A model generated the notes under the pieces. It was not told the DNA's origin and ran no database searches. It worked only from the letters and a program-made list of their open reading frames with translations. Shown one piece after another: positions 1-10,652 of a stretch of 64,000 nucleotides of DNA. The DNA is from an uncultured bacterium (GTDB lineage: Bacteria > Patescibacteriota > Minisyncoccia > Minisyncoccales > Minisyncoccaceae). Location: positions 18,167 through 82,166 of the forward strand of contig CAWECB010000002.1 of assembly GCA_963807465.1 (NCBI GenBank), given 5' to 3'. The translations under genes were made by a program, and so were the position numbers. How positions within the stretch are numbered: the first letter of the stretch is position 1; every line of letters begins with the position of its first letter.

Positions 1-366
1 ACCGAGTACCCGAGGGAGATCACCGCGGCGATGATCCCCTGCACCTCCGTCATCGTCACCCAGATGAACACGGTTCCCAGCACGGCCCCGGTCGTGAGCG
101 CGGGGCCTTCAGGGACGCCGATGACGACCTCGACCATCATTGCGCAGAGAAGAACGACCACGCGGTACACATTCTTCCGCAGAATCCGTACGATCAGCAG
201 GAGCAGGGTGGCCAGGCACAGGAGGACATAGAACTGGGGGAGCCAGACAGGACGGAGCGCGGCGTCACGAAACGTGAAGAAGAACAGCAGGCCGGCCATG
301 CTGTGACCCGCGAGAATTGTCCCGAGGCTGGGCGCTCGATCCGCGATCCATGGTCGTAACTGCATA
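1..366 (-). CDS. integral membrane protein, partial (ATG at 366, C-terminus beyond window edge)
   Basis: Minus-strand frame is open from ATG 366..364 to position 1; it is absent from the ORF track because no stop lies in the window. Translation MQLRPWIADRAPSLGTILAGHSMAGLLFFF...LLCLATLLLLIV... is mostly hydrophobic helices. Confidence 0.4.
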
Positions 367-485
367 GAGCGCGCTTCATCAACTCACCTGAGGATAGCAC
401 AGCCCCGGGTACCTAGTACAATTCTTGCAAACTTCGGTACCCCGGTAACTTCCAGGCAGCCGGGGGCAGGTGAAAGGATGAGCCC

Positions 486-1486
486 ATGAAGGCAGCATTC
501 ATTGAAAAGCCGGGTGAGATCGCCGTGCGGGAGATCCCCGTCCCCGCAATAAGGGATGACGAGCTCCTGGTCGAGGTGAGGGCGAGCGGGATCTGCGGCA
601 CCGACATCCACATCTTCCGCGGCGAATACCTCGGCACCTACCCGGTCATCCCGGGCCACGAGTTCTCCGGCATCGTCACGTCCGTCGGCGCGCGGGTGAC
701 GCGTTTCAAGCCCGGCGACCACGTTGCCGTGGAGCCGAACATCTCCTGCGACAATTGTCCCGCCTGCCTGTCGAACCGTCAGAACTTCTGCGAGAAGTGG
801 AAGGCGGTCGGCGTGACCCTCCCGGGGGGCATGGCGCAGTTCGTGGCCGTTCCCGAGAAGGCCGCATTCGACATCGGAAAGCTGCCGTTCACCGCCGGCG
901 CCTTCGTGGAGCCGCTCTCCTGCGTGCTCCACGGCGTGCAGCGCACGGGGTTCTCCCTCGCCGACCGGGTGCTGATCCTCGGCGCGGGCCCCATCGGCAT
1001 CCTTCTGCTGAAGGCCATCCTGCTGGAAGGGGCCAGCTCGATCACCTCGGTGGACAAGAACCAGGCCCGGCTGGCCCTTGCGCACGCGTCAGGGCGCGGC
1101 GCAGACCGTGTCATCATTCGAGGGCCTGCCGGAGGACGGCTACGACGTGGTCGTGGACGCCACCGGGGTGCCGGCGGTCATGGAGAAGACGCTGGGCTTT
1201 GCGCGGAGCGGAGGCAGGGTCCTGCTCTTCGGCGTGCCGCCGAGCACGGCAAGGATCACGTTCGACGCTTTCACCATCTTCCGCAAGGGCCTCACGATCC
1301 TCTCTTCCTACACCTCCGTGCGGAACTCGATCCAGGCGGTGCGGCTCCTGGAAAGCGGGAAGATCGACGTTTCACCGCTCGTCTCCCACGAGCTGCCGCT
1401 CTCAGGATTCCGCACGGGGAATCGAGCTGATCGAGCAGGGGAAGGAAGGAGTCCTGAAAGTTCTCATACGGCCCGACGGCCTATAA
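486..1486 (+). pseudogene. Zn-dependent alcohol dehydrogenase (MDR) family, threonine/sorbitol dehydrogenase-like, two frame changes (about 1085 and 1420)
   Basis: GHEFSG motif, structural-Zn cysteine cluster CDNCPACLSNRQNFC and GAGPIG Rossmann motif. Homology continues across ORFs 486..1430, 1078..1566 and the tail of 755..1486 (..IELIEQGKEGVLKVLIRP). Confidence 0.75.
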
Positions 1487-2278
1487 CGGGAGCTGCGTTT
1501 CACCCTGGACGAGCCACTTCACCACTTCCGCGGCCACGCGGCCTCCCTGTTCACCCCCCAGGATGAGATGCTCGCCGTTTTCGATGACCAGGTGGCGCTT
1601 TCTGGCGGCAGAGATCCTCTGCTCGATCAGCGGGATCACGGAGACGGGAACGCTTCCGTCCGCGTCCCCCACGATGGTGAGAGTGTCCGCTTTCACCTTT
1701 GACAGGGACCGCCGGGCCATGCGCTTCATGTGAAGGAGGGACGCGGCCTGGCTGGAGTACCTCCACTCCCAGTACTCCCTTGCAAGGACCGCGGAGTCAG
1801 GATCGTCGAATCCCTCTTTGGCCGCATAAGGCCAGCGCATGCGTCTGATGAACAGCTTCATGAACGGGGTGAGCGCCAGGAGAGGATTCCTGGTTCGAAG
1901 GGCGGGCGCCAGGAGCACGAGGCGCGTCACGGGAAACCGCGCAGCCAGAAGGACCGCGATGACGCCGCCCATGGAGAAACCCACCACGTGAACTGTCTCA
2001 CAGCGCGCCCTCAGGTCGGCATATGCGTCCACCGAGGCGCGAAGCCAGTCACGCCATCCTGACTGGAGGAAATCTCTCCCGTTTGTGCCGTGCCCCGGGA
2101 GCCGTGGAATGCTGACCGTGAGGCCGCTGCCTTGCAGCAGGCTTCCAAGTGTTGCCAGGTCGCGCGGTGTGCCGGTAAATCCGTGGATGAGCAGCGCGCC
2201 GACCTTCCCGCCGGGCAGGCTGAGGGGAAGGGCGGTGGGGAGCGCAGATGTGTCCGGCGGAATCCCTCGAAGCCTCAT
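1481..2278 (-). CDS. alpha/beta hydrolase (carboxylesterase / monoacylglycerol lipase-like)
   Basis: Intact 265 aa ORF with HGFTGTP oxyanion region and GFSMGG nucleophile elbow. Confidence 0.75.
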   Translation of the reverse strand: MRLRGIPPDTSALPTALPLSLPGGKVGALLIHGFTGTPRDLATLGSLLQGSGLTVSIPRLPGHGTNGRDFLQSGWRDWLRASVDAYADLRARCETVHVVGFSMGGVIAVLLAARFPVTRLVLLAPALRTRNPLLALTPFMKLFIRRMRWPYAAKEGFDDPDSAVLAREYWEWRYSSQAASLLHMKRMARRSLSKVKADTLTIVGDADGSVPVSVIPLIEQRISAARKRHLVIENGEHLILGGEQGGRVAAEVVKWLVQGETQLPL

Positions 2279-2349
2279 CTCCCCAGACTATAACACATGT
2301 TGACGTTCCCATTTCATGCATCCATACTCCTGCAAAAGGAGATTCAGAT

Positions 2350-3207
2350 ATGCTGAAAAGAAGTTTTTTGCTGGTTCTTGCGATGCTTGTGGGATTTATT
2401 TCAGGCGCGTTCGCGGAGGATCCCTGGATGGTCCTGCCGCCGACCCCCACGCTGCCTGCGGCAGCAAAGAGCGGCTATGCCCCGGTCAACAATATCAAGA
2501 TCTGGTATGCCACGTTCGGAAAGGGCGCCCCGGTGATACTCCTGCACGGCGGGCTCGGCAATTCCAACTACTGGGGCCTGCAGGTTCGCGCCCTGTCCAG
2601 CAGGTACCAGGTCATTGTCATGGACAGCCGCGGCCATGGCCGCAGCACGCGGGACGAGCAGCCCTATGGCTACGATCTCATGGCGTCCGACGTTCTTGCC
2701 CTTATGGACTACCTCAAAATTCCAAAAGCCGCCATCGTCGGCTGGAGCGACGGAGCAATCCTGGGCCTGGACATCGCTATCAACCATCCCGAGAGGCTGA
2801 CCAAGCTTTTTGCTTTTGCCGCCAACTCGGATCCGAGCGGGGTCGCGGATATCGGCCAGAGCCCCGTGTTCAATGCCTACATCGCGCGGGCGGAGAAGGA
2901 ATATGAGAAGCTTTCCGCCACGCCGACCGAGTACAAGTCTTTCCTGGAACAGATCTCGAAAATGTGGGAGACACAGCCTAATTTCACAAAGGAGCAGTTG
3001 AACGCCATCCCCGTGCCGACATGGATCGTGGACGCGGATCATGACGAGGCGATCAAGAGGGAAAACACGGAGTTCATGGCCGCGCAGATCCCCGGCTCCG
3101 GCCTGCTCCTGCAGCCCCGGGTCAGCCACTTCTCTTTCATCCAGGATCCTAAGCAGTTCAACGAAAACGTGCTCCACTTCCTCTCGACCGTCCCCGACGC
3201 TCGCTGA
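2350..3207 (+). CDS. secreted alpha/beta hydrolase
   Basis: Internal ATG at 2350 is preceded by AAAGGAG. Signal peptide MLKRSFLLVLAMLVGFISGAFA, then HGGLGNS and GWSDGA nucleophile elbow. Confidence 0.75.
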   Translation: MLKRSFLLVLAMLVGFISGAFAEDPWMVLPPTPTLPAAAKSGYAPVNNIKIWYATFGKGAPVILLHGGLGNSNYWGLQVRALSSRYQVIVMDSRGHGRSTRDEQPYGYDLMASDVLALMDYLKIPKAAIVGWSDGAILGLDIAINHPERLTKLFAFAANSDPSGVADIGQSPVFNAYIARAEKEYEKLSATPTEYKSFLEQISKMWETQPNFTKEQLNAIPVPTWIVDADHDEAIKRENTEFMAAQIPGSGLLLQPRVSHFSFIQDPKQFNENVLHFLSTVPDAR

Positions 3208-3418
3208 GCGCGTGCGGACACAAGGCCGATCGGCGACCGGGCGTGAACCCGACGCCGATCGGCGCTACAGAGAAGTCTCCGGCCGCCGAAAGTTGAGCGC
3301 CGACGCTCCTCCGCCCCGGAATGGTGCTGTTGTCCTGTCGAGTCTTGACACGGATCGTGGAGCCCCGTCACAGTCTCGATGGGCTCCGCCCGGATTTCAG
3401 AGAAAGGGGCATCCGCAG

Positions 3419-4579
3419 ATGCAGCCTCCATGGACGAAGATCGTGGACTATTCCACGAAACCGATATTTGTCTGCTGGGAAACCACGAAATCCTGCCTGC
3501 TGTCCTGCAGGCACTGCAGGGCAACCGCGATCCGCAACAGCCTCCCGGGGGAGCTCGATCATGAGACGGGGATGCGGCTCATCGACCAGCTCCTGGAGTT
3601 CGGAGAGCCGTATCCTGCCCTGCTGCTGACAGGCGGGGACCCCCTCATGCGCGCGGATGTCTTCGACCTGCTCAGGCACGCCAAGGACAGGGGCATCTAC
3701 ACGGCCGTGGCGGCGAGCGTCACGCCCCTCCTGACCAGGGAGAAGCTCGAGCGCATGAGAGATCTCGGTGTGGAGATAATCTCCGTCAGCATGGACGGGG
3801 CTTCCGCTGAAATCCACGACAAGATCCGCGACATCCCGGGGACCTGGCGGGCCACACTGGATGCAATCGAAATGTCGAAGACCTGCGGGGTCAGGCTCCA
3901 GGTCAACACGACCGTCATGAAGAGCAACCTCCGCGACCTCGCGGACATCTTCCACCTGGCCCGGGAAAGGGGCGCGGTTGCCTGGGAGGTGTTCTTCCTG
4001 ATCCGCACAGGGCGGGGATCTTCCCTGGAAAATCCCGAGCCCTGGGAGTGCGAAGAGGTCGCCCATTTCCTCTACGACACGACCCGTTACGGAATCCCCG
4101 TGCGCACCTCGGAGGGCCCCCATTTCAGGCGCGTGTACCTGGAGCGCCAGAAGGGCGGCGCGGCCCCGCCGGGCGAGCTGTACACCTACCTTTCCCGCAG
4201 GCTGCGGGAGCTGGAGGGGGAGCCGAAGACCGCGGCCTCCCTAAGGATAAACGCGACCGGAGACGGCAAGGGCATCATATTCATCGGTCATGACGGTGAA
4301 GTCCACCCGAGCGGTTTCCTGCCCCTGTCCCTGGGCAATGTCAAAGAGACGACCTTGAAGACGATCTACACGACCCACCCCCTGCTGGTGGGCATGAGAA
4401 ACCCGGCAAACCTCAAGGGGCGCTGCGGAGCGTGCGAGCACAACGTGATCTGCGGCGGCTCGAGGTCAAGGGCGTGGGCGGAGTTCGAGGATCCCTACCA
4501 GGAGGACCCGGCGTGCCCGTACGCTCCCTGCCGGGGAACGCGCACAACAGATTGCCGCGTCGATTTGAGGATCCGGTGA
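3419..4579 (+). CDS. radical SAM protein with C-terminal SPASM-like cysteine cluster
   Basis: ATG 3419 follows a GAAAGGGG RBS. CLLSCRHC is a CxxxCxxC motif. The C-terminal CGACEHNVICGGSRSRAW auxiliary cluster is present. The upstream part of ORF 3041.. is low-complexity shadow. Confidence 0.75.
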   Translation: MQPPWTKIVDYSTKPIFVCWETTKSCLLSCRHCRATAIRNSLPGELDHETGMRLIDQLLEFGEPYPALLLTGGDPLMRADVFDLLRHAKDRGIYTAVAASVTPLLTREKLERMRDLGVEIISVSMDGASAEIHDKIRDIPGTWRATLDAIEMSKTCGVRLQVNTTVMKSNLRDLADIFHLARERGAVAWEVFFLIRTGRGSSLENPEPWECEEVAHFLYDTTRYGIPVRTSEGPHFRRVYLERQKGGAAPPGELYTYLSRRLRELEGEPKTAASLRINATGDGKGIIFIGHDGEVHPSGFLPLSLGNVKETTLKTIYTTHPLLVGMRNPANLKGRCGACEHNVICGGSRSRAWAEFEDPYQEDPACPYAPCRGTRTTDCRVDLRIR

Positions 4580-6104
4580 TAGAGAAGGGACAGGACGCTG
4601 CCCGGCAGGCCAGGAGCCCGGGAGCGCCGAACAGGCGGGCTTTCCCCGTCAACCTGCTCCTGGACGGCCGAAAGATCGCTGGTGGCCGGCGGCGGCAGGG
4701 TGGCGCTGGACAAGGTCCGCCTGCTGCTGGACGCCGGTGCGGACGTAAAAGTCGTCAGCGCGGAGCTGTGCGACGAGCTTGAAGCGCTGCCGCAGAAAAA
4801 CGCCGTGACATTCCTGCGGCGTGACTTCATCGAAGAAGATCTGGACGGCATCTTTCTGGTCTTCGCTGCATATGAGGACCGATTCCTCAACAGCCGGGTA
4901 GTCGAGCGCTGCCGCGCGCGCGGCATCCTCTGCTCCTCGGCGGACGGCAACTGGGCGGCGGGAGACTTTGCGGTGCCCGTGATACTCCGCAAGGACGATC
5001 TGACGGTCACCATCTCCACGGGAGGCCGGCCGAGCAGCGCTTCGCGGATGATCAGGGAGCAGCTTTCGCGCCAGATCGAGCACGCTGATTCCAACTCCGT
5101 GCTCGTGATCGGCACGAGCCACGAATACCTCTCCATCGACAGGAGAGAGCCGTACCACCTCGTGGGCCAGCGCATGGAGCGGACCGGAATCATGCTGATG
5201 CAGCTTGTCGGCGTCCAGGAGTTCATCCTGTTGAATACGTGCAACCGCATCGAGCTCCATGCGGTTGTGTCGGACAAGACGGACATGACGGCGCTCCTGG
5301 GCGCGGGTGCTGGGATTCGACAAGCTGCGAGCCCCGGGACTACTACGTGAAGCGCCAGTACGAGGCATTTGCGCACGCCGCGATGCTGAGCGCGGGGCTC
5401 TTCTCGCAATCCCCGGGGGAGTATCACATCGTTTCCCAGGTGAAGGAGGCGCTGGGATACGCCGTGCGCGCCGGTTGGGCGGGCGGCGTCATGCAGGAGT
5501 GGGTCTCCACGGCGCTCCACATTTCCAAGGAGATCCGCAACACGACGGGGCAGTTCCTGAAAGACCTCGAGATCGAAGATCTCTGCCTCACCTACCTGCA
5601 GGCAAATCGCCCGGACCTGGAGCAGCGCGCGGATACTCGTGCTGGGCTCCGGGGTGGTCGGCTCAACGATGGTGGAGAAGCTCGTCCGCACGGGTCTGGG
5701 CTGCGACTGGTGCTACCACATAAACCGCCCGGAGCTGCCGGCGTCATGGGCCGGGAAGGTTTCCCTCTGCGGGCTGGACGACCTTCGAAGCAGCCTTTCC
5801 CGAACCGACGTGATCGTGTGCGCCACGTTCAGTCCCCACCTGGTCCTGATGAAGGACCATGCCCCCTCGTTCGACCCGGCACGGAAGGTCTTGTAGTGGA
5901 CCTGACAATGCCCAGGAACGTGGATCCTGCGCTGGGAGAGTCCGCGCCGAACGTGACGGTTGCCGACCTCGAGGATCTGAAGGGATGGTACGACCGGGAG
6001 GCCGCCGACCTGGAGAAGGCCCTCACGGCTGAGCCTGGCAGATCGTGGAAGAGAATAAGAGCATGTACGAGAAGCTGGCCAGGGCGCTTCTGCCCGCGCG
6101 GTAG
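4576..6104 (+). pseudogene. hemA: precorrin-2 dehydrogenase/sirohydrochlorin ferrochelatase (SirC/CysG-N)-like domain fused in-frame to glutamyl-tRNA reductase, several frame changes
   Basis: FPVNLLLDGRKI..GGGRVALDKVRLLLDAGADVKVV is SirC-like. It runs without a stop into SVLVIGTSHEYLSIDRRE..LLNTCNRIELHAV, which is the HemA N-domain. HemA continues in other frames: GEYHIVSQVKEAL, ILVLGSGVVG, VVDLTMPRNVDP. Stop TAG at 6102..6104. Confidence 0.7.
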
Positions 6105-6110
6105 CGAAGG

Positions 6111-7420
6111 TCAGCCCAGGTTCGCGAAAGCAATTTCGGCGGCCTTCACAGTGGCCGCCACTTCCGCCGCGCCGTGCGCGGTAGAGACAAAGCCTGCTTC
6201 GAACTGCGACGGCGCAAGATAGATGCCCCCTTCGAGCATCCGCCTGAAGTACCGGGAGAACCGGGCGGTGTCGGATTTCTTTGCGCTGTCCCAGTCCCTG
6301 ACCGGTTGAGCGCTGAAGAACAGGCCGAACATCGAGCCGACGTGGCACACCTGGTGGGGCACACCCGCCGCTCGCGGCCGCGCGGGAGAGACCGTCCGCC
6401 AGCTCGGCCGTCGTTTTCTCCAGACGGCCCCAGACTCCGGGAAGCGCGAGCTCCTTCAGGGTCTGCGATCCCCGCGCTCATGGCCAGGGGATTCCCGGAG
6501 AGGGTTCCTGCCTGGTACATCGGCCCTGCCGGCGCAACCAGTGCCATGATGTCCCTGCGTCCGCCATAGGCGCCGACGGGCAGACCGCCCCCAATGACCT
6601 TGCCCAGGGTCGAGAGGTCGGGTGACGACCCCGTACAGGGCCTGGGCGCCGCCCGGGTGAACGCGGAACCCGGTCATCACCTCGTCGAAGATCAGGAGCG
6701 CGCCGTCGGCCTTTGTGACGGCCCTCAGCCCCTGCAGAAAGCCCGGCTCCGGAAGGACGACGCCCATGTTCCCCGCGACGGGCTCCACGATCACCGCCGC
6801 GATTTTTCGCCGTTGGCGGTCGAAGATCTCCTCCACGCCGCTCAGGTCGTTGTACGCGCAGGAAAGGGTATCCGCCGTGACCGCAGCCGGCACGCCCGGT
6901 GAATCCGGCAGGCCGAGCGTGGCGGCCCCCGAGCCGGCCTGCACGAGCAGCATGTCGGCATGGCCGTGATAGCCTCCGGTGAACTTCACGATCTTGTCCC
7001 GGCCGGTGATACGCGCGGGCAAGGCGCAGCGCGCTCATCACCGCCTCGGTCCCTGAATTGACGAACCGGATCAGCTCGACGCTCGGCATGAGCCCGCGGA
7101 CCAGGCGGGCAAGGTCCAGCTCCAGCGGGCTCGGCGCGCCGAAGCTCGTTCCGCGGGACGCGGCCTCGACGATCGCGTCGAGGACGCGCGGATGCGCATG
7201 CCCGAGCACCAGCGGTCCCCAGGAAAGGACATAGTCGATGTAGCGGTTGCCGTCCGACGTCGAAAAGCCAGGGCCCTTCTCCGCGCTCGATGAACAGGGG
7301 CTCGCCGCCGACCGCCTTGAATGCCCGTACGGGAGAATCGACTCCCCCGGGAAGAAGCGTGACGGCTTCCGCAAAGAGCGCGCGGGACTTTTCGACTTTC
7401 AACGGCGATTTCGGTGACAT
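6111..7420 (-). pseudogene. hemL: glutamate-1-semialdehyde 2,1-aminomutase, multiple frame changes
   Basis: [89 protein letters not shown] and a [14 protein letters not shown] tail are spread over 5 overlapping ORF fragments. Confidence 0.85.
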
Positions 7421-8540
7421 CGCGAGTAACTCCTTGTTTTTCGAAATGTCCCAACGCGCTCGATGCTGCCCGGACTCCGGATTCCACGCACTGGGGAATC
7501 CCGACGCCGCGGTAGGATGAGCCGGCAAGGAAAAGCCCGGGAAACCTTGCGGCACGCTCATTGATGGCCTCTACGCGCCGGACGTGACCGACCGTGTACT
7601 GCGGCATTCCGCGGTCCCACCAGTGAAGCTGCTGGAGCAGAGGGGCGGCAGTGATGCCCATCGTGGCCGACAGCTCATCGCGGGCAATCTTGAAAATCTC
7701 CGGTCGGGCCGGCCCCGCAGGTCCCTTCGGCCGAACCTGCCGGCCATGAGCCGAAGCAGGACATGGTCCCGGGCGCGCGGCCTTCCCATTTCTGCGAGCT
7801 CCAGGTGCAGGCAACCAGGTCGCTGCGCTCGACGCCCGGTATCAGGTAGCCGTAGCCGTCAAGGGGGTGCGAAACATCTGCCCGCCGATATGCGAGGTGG
7901 ATCACGATGGTGGAGGCGAAGTGGATCAGGCCGAGCATTTCCCGCAGGCCGGATCCAGGGGCGCAAGCAGCCGCGCGGCCTCGTGCGCCGGGGTGGCGAT
8001 GATGAGCGCATCGGCTTCACGCTCCTCACCGCCGGGGACCTCGATCATGTAGCCTCTCCCACGCCGCGTGATGGATTCAGCCGCGGCCCCCCGCAGAATC
8101 GTGATCCCGGTGAGCCGCCTTTCCAGCGCGCGGACAAGCTCCGTCGTCCCCTTCGTGAACGTGAGAAACGGTGGACCGGTCCCGGCGCCCGGTTCGGTGG
8201 TCCGGCGCGGCGGAGGGACAATCGCTTCACGGCTCAACAGGCGCGCGTCCCCCGCGTGAATGCCTCCCACCAGGGGCTCCACGAGAAGCTGGAAGGCTTC
8301 CTCGCCCCATCGGCGGATCATGAAGGACGCCACGGATTCATCGTCTTTCCCCGTCCCTGCCGGAAGGTCCCCATTCTCCCGGACCCGTTTTTTGCCTGCC
8401 TCCGAGAGGAGGGGACTGGCGGCAAGGGCCGCGGAGTCCATTGGCACCATGCCCGAGAAGCCTTCAGGCAGGGGAAACAGGGCGTGGCCGTGCATGATGA
8501 AGGAATGCGACTTCCGCGGGTCCGGGGGATCAGGTGCGCG
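7421..8540 (-). pseudogene. hemY: protoporphyrinogen/coproporphyrinogen oxidase (HemY-type) fragment: N-terminal FAD-binding part missing, frame changes, native stop lost
   Basis: DESVASFMIRRWGEEAFQLLVEPLVGGIHAGD, GYGYLIPGVERSDLVACTWSSQKW, WWDRGMPQYTVGHVRRV and [16 protein letters not shown] align colinearly with B. subtilis HemY from about residue 100 onward. Confidence 0.7.
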
Positions 8541-8559
8541 CCTAATCTGCTCGGCATCA

Positions 8560-9950
8560 GAACCCGCAATATCCGGCAGTGTTTCGAGCAGATTCGCATA
8601 TTCGTCTCGCGACGTCGGATCAATAGTGAAGCCACGGGCCGCGTCGCGGCCGGTACCGGCAGTGACCACTGGAATCCCGAAGCATGGCAGCTCCATTCCG
8701 ATGGTACCGCGCACTGTCAAACCGAAATCGATAACCTTGAACAAGGAGAAGGTGTTAACGGCCGTATCGGCCGGCATAAGCTTAACGTGGGCGGGCAACT
8801 CCCCGAACCGCTTGTGCAAAGCTTCCGCTTCGAGCTGCACAAGTGCGGCGCCATCCATGCGCGAGCGCCAGACATTGACGGGGTGGACCTTTACGACCCA
8901 GTTGAGCGCCGGATTCGCAATGGCGCCGCGCACTGTCTCGACCAGCCAATCCTCATAATCATCAAAGAGATTGTCGCCATAGAAGAAGGTTGCATCGTAG
9001 AGAATGTGCGAGAAGATGACTGCGGTCTTCTTTCGCGGATCAAGCCCAAGTGTCGCTCGCAATTCGTCCGCCGAAAATACACACTTACCGTCTTGAAGCT
9101 GCTGGCGGTTATACCAAGCGCCCAATTCGTTGTAGTTATCGGCGATGCGCTTGACGACGGCCTCGTCATCTTGTGCACGCCACGGCATCGCGAGCAGGCG
9201 CTGCCGCGTGGATCAGGACAGTGCCAGCGGATGCTCGGCCCGGGTGCTGAGACTGTAGCGGCGGTAGATCAGGCAATCGGACTGCGGGGCGCCGCACCAC
9301 TGGATCGTATCAACTCCGTGCAGAAGGCAAGCGTCGAAGATCTCCCCCGCCGGCGTGTAGCCGCGCTCGACGAAGACCGCAATATCGGGGCGGCGGTCCT
9401 CGAACATTCTCTCGACAAAACTCTTCGCAGCTAACGAGCGCGCAAGCGTCTTGCGTGTCGCTTCCCGATGTCGCGGGTCGGCATCGTCGAGACGGCCAAT
9501 GCGAAAATGCCGCAAGACGATCGATTGGACATTGCGTCCGACGCGAAAGCCATCGACCTCCAGCTTGACGAGCGATTGGAGGTCCGGGCACTTCGCCATC
9601 AGGCTCTCGGCAGCGCACTCGGCGGCCAATTCATCGGCATCCCCGATCTCGTCGCACAGGCGAATGATAGTCGCGTCGGAAACGGCGGCGCGGAATATCC
9701 GTTCGACCGCGATATCCGGACCATCGAGAAGCACGATGATGCGGTATCCTTTAAGGCGCAGCAGTCCCGCAATCAGCAATTCCACTTTTGCCGTTGCCGG
9801 CATCGCCATGACATTGCAGAACAGCGCCGTTCGGACGCCGGCGGCTGGGGCGGCCGCACGCAACGGCGCGAGCTGCCGTGCCCAGCTCCACAGATCGCGC
9901 TCCACGCTGACGCGATTGCGCACCCGCCGCAACAAAGCGCGCTGCTGCAT
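8560..9950 (-). pseudogene. capsule polysaccharide biosynthesis protein-like (KpsS/KpsC-type), in-frame TGA at 9213-9215, C-terminus runs into the PPOX fragment
   Basis: ATG 9950 overlaps the neuA stop (TGAGATG). The ORF tail of 9213..10640 and the head of 7926..9188 are in the same frame, separated only by TGA. The function call rests on general resemblance to capsule biosynthesis proteins and on the neuA/neuC context. Confidence 0.45.
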
Positions 9951-9951
9951 C

Positions 9952-10640
9952 TCAAGCCCTTGCCAGCAACAGCCGCTCGGCGGCGACGAGGTCTTCGAGC
10001 GTATCAATGTCCACCGAGCTTTCCTGGTCCATAGGATATGGGATAAGTCGCCCGCCAAACACGTATTCGGCGAGCCGCTGGGTGCGCGTGATGTAGATCG
10101 CGGCGCCGTTGCGGGCGAAAGTCGCTGCTTGTCCTGACGGCGATGCGGCTGGGGAGTCGAAAAAAATGGTTCGAGATAGCCTTCCGAATTGCGTCGCATG
10201 ACCGACAATGGATGGAAAATATGGGGAACTTCGATGCAGCTCACCAAGCTATCGGCACTCGGATCGGCTGCAAAGAGCGCGGCCGCATCGTCGATATGAC
10301 GCGCGGCGCGCAAAGGCGAAGTTGGCTGAAGCGTCAACACAGCGTCGGGTACGTAAGATTGCTTGGCAAGTTCGGCGACGACATGGGCCAGCACCGGGCG
10401 GGTCGGCGCGTCATCCGTGGCCAGTTCGGCTGGGCGGAGACGCACCTCGGCGCCGAGACGCTGGCTGATCTCAGCGATCTCCTCATCATCGGTGGAGACA
10501 ATGATCCGCTCGACCGACCGCGCCTCCTGCGCGGCTGAGATCGAATACGCGATCAGCGGACGCCCGCATAGCAATCGGATGTTCTTGCGCGGGATGCCTT
10601 TCGATCCACCTCTCGCGGGAATAATGGCGAGCAACCGCAT
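9952..10640 (-). pseudogene. neuA: acylneuraminate cytidylyltransferase (CMP-sialic/nonulosonic acid synthetase), one frame change near 10130
   Basis: MRLLAIIPARGGSKGIPRKNIRLLCGRPLIAYSI is the canonical N-terminus. After RRQDKQ the homologous reading (FARNGAAIYITR...VDIDTLEDL) lies in another frame. Confidence 0.8.
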
Positions 10641-10652
10641 TGGCGCCGAGCA

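Noticed and set aside
4495-5691. Long antisense ORFs in the high-GC block (4495..5691 minus 398 aa, 7584..9434 plus 616 aa, 384..1085 minus 233 aa, 3368..4123 minus)
   Set aside because: Their Arg/Pro/Gly/Ala-rich low-complexity translations have no recognisable motifs. They lie opposite frames with clear homology (HemA, PPOX/capsule, ADH, radical SAM). They are typical stop-poor shadow ORFs of high-GC DNA.
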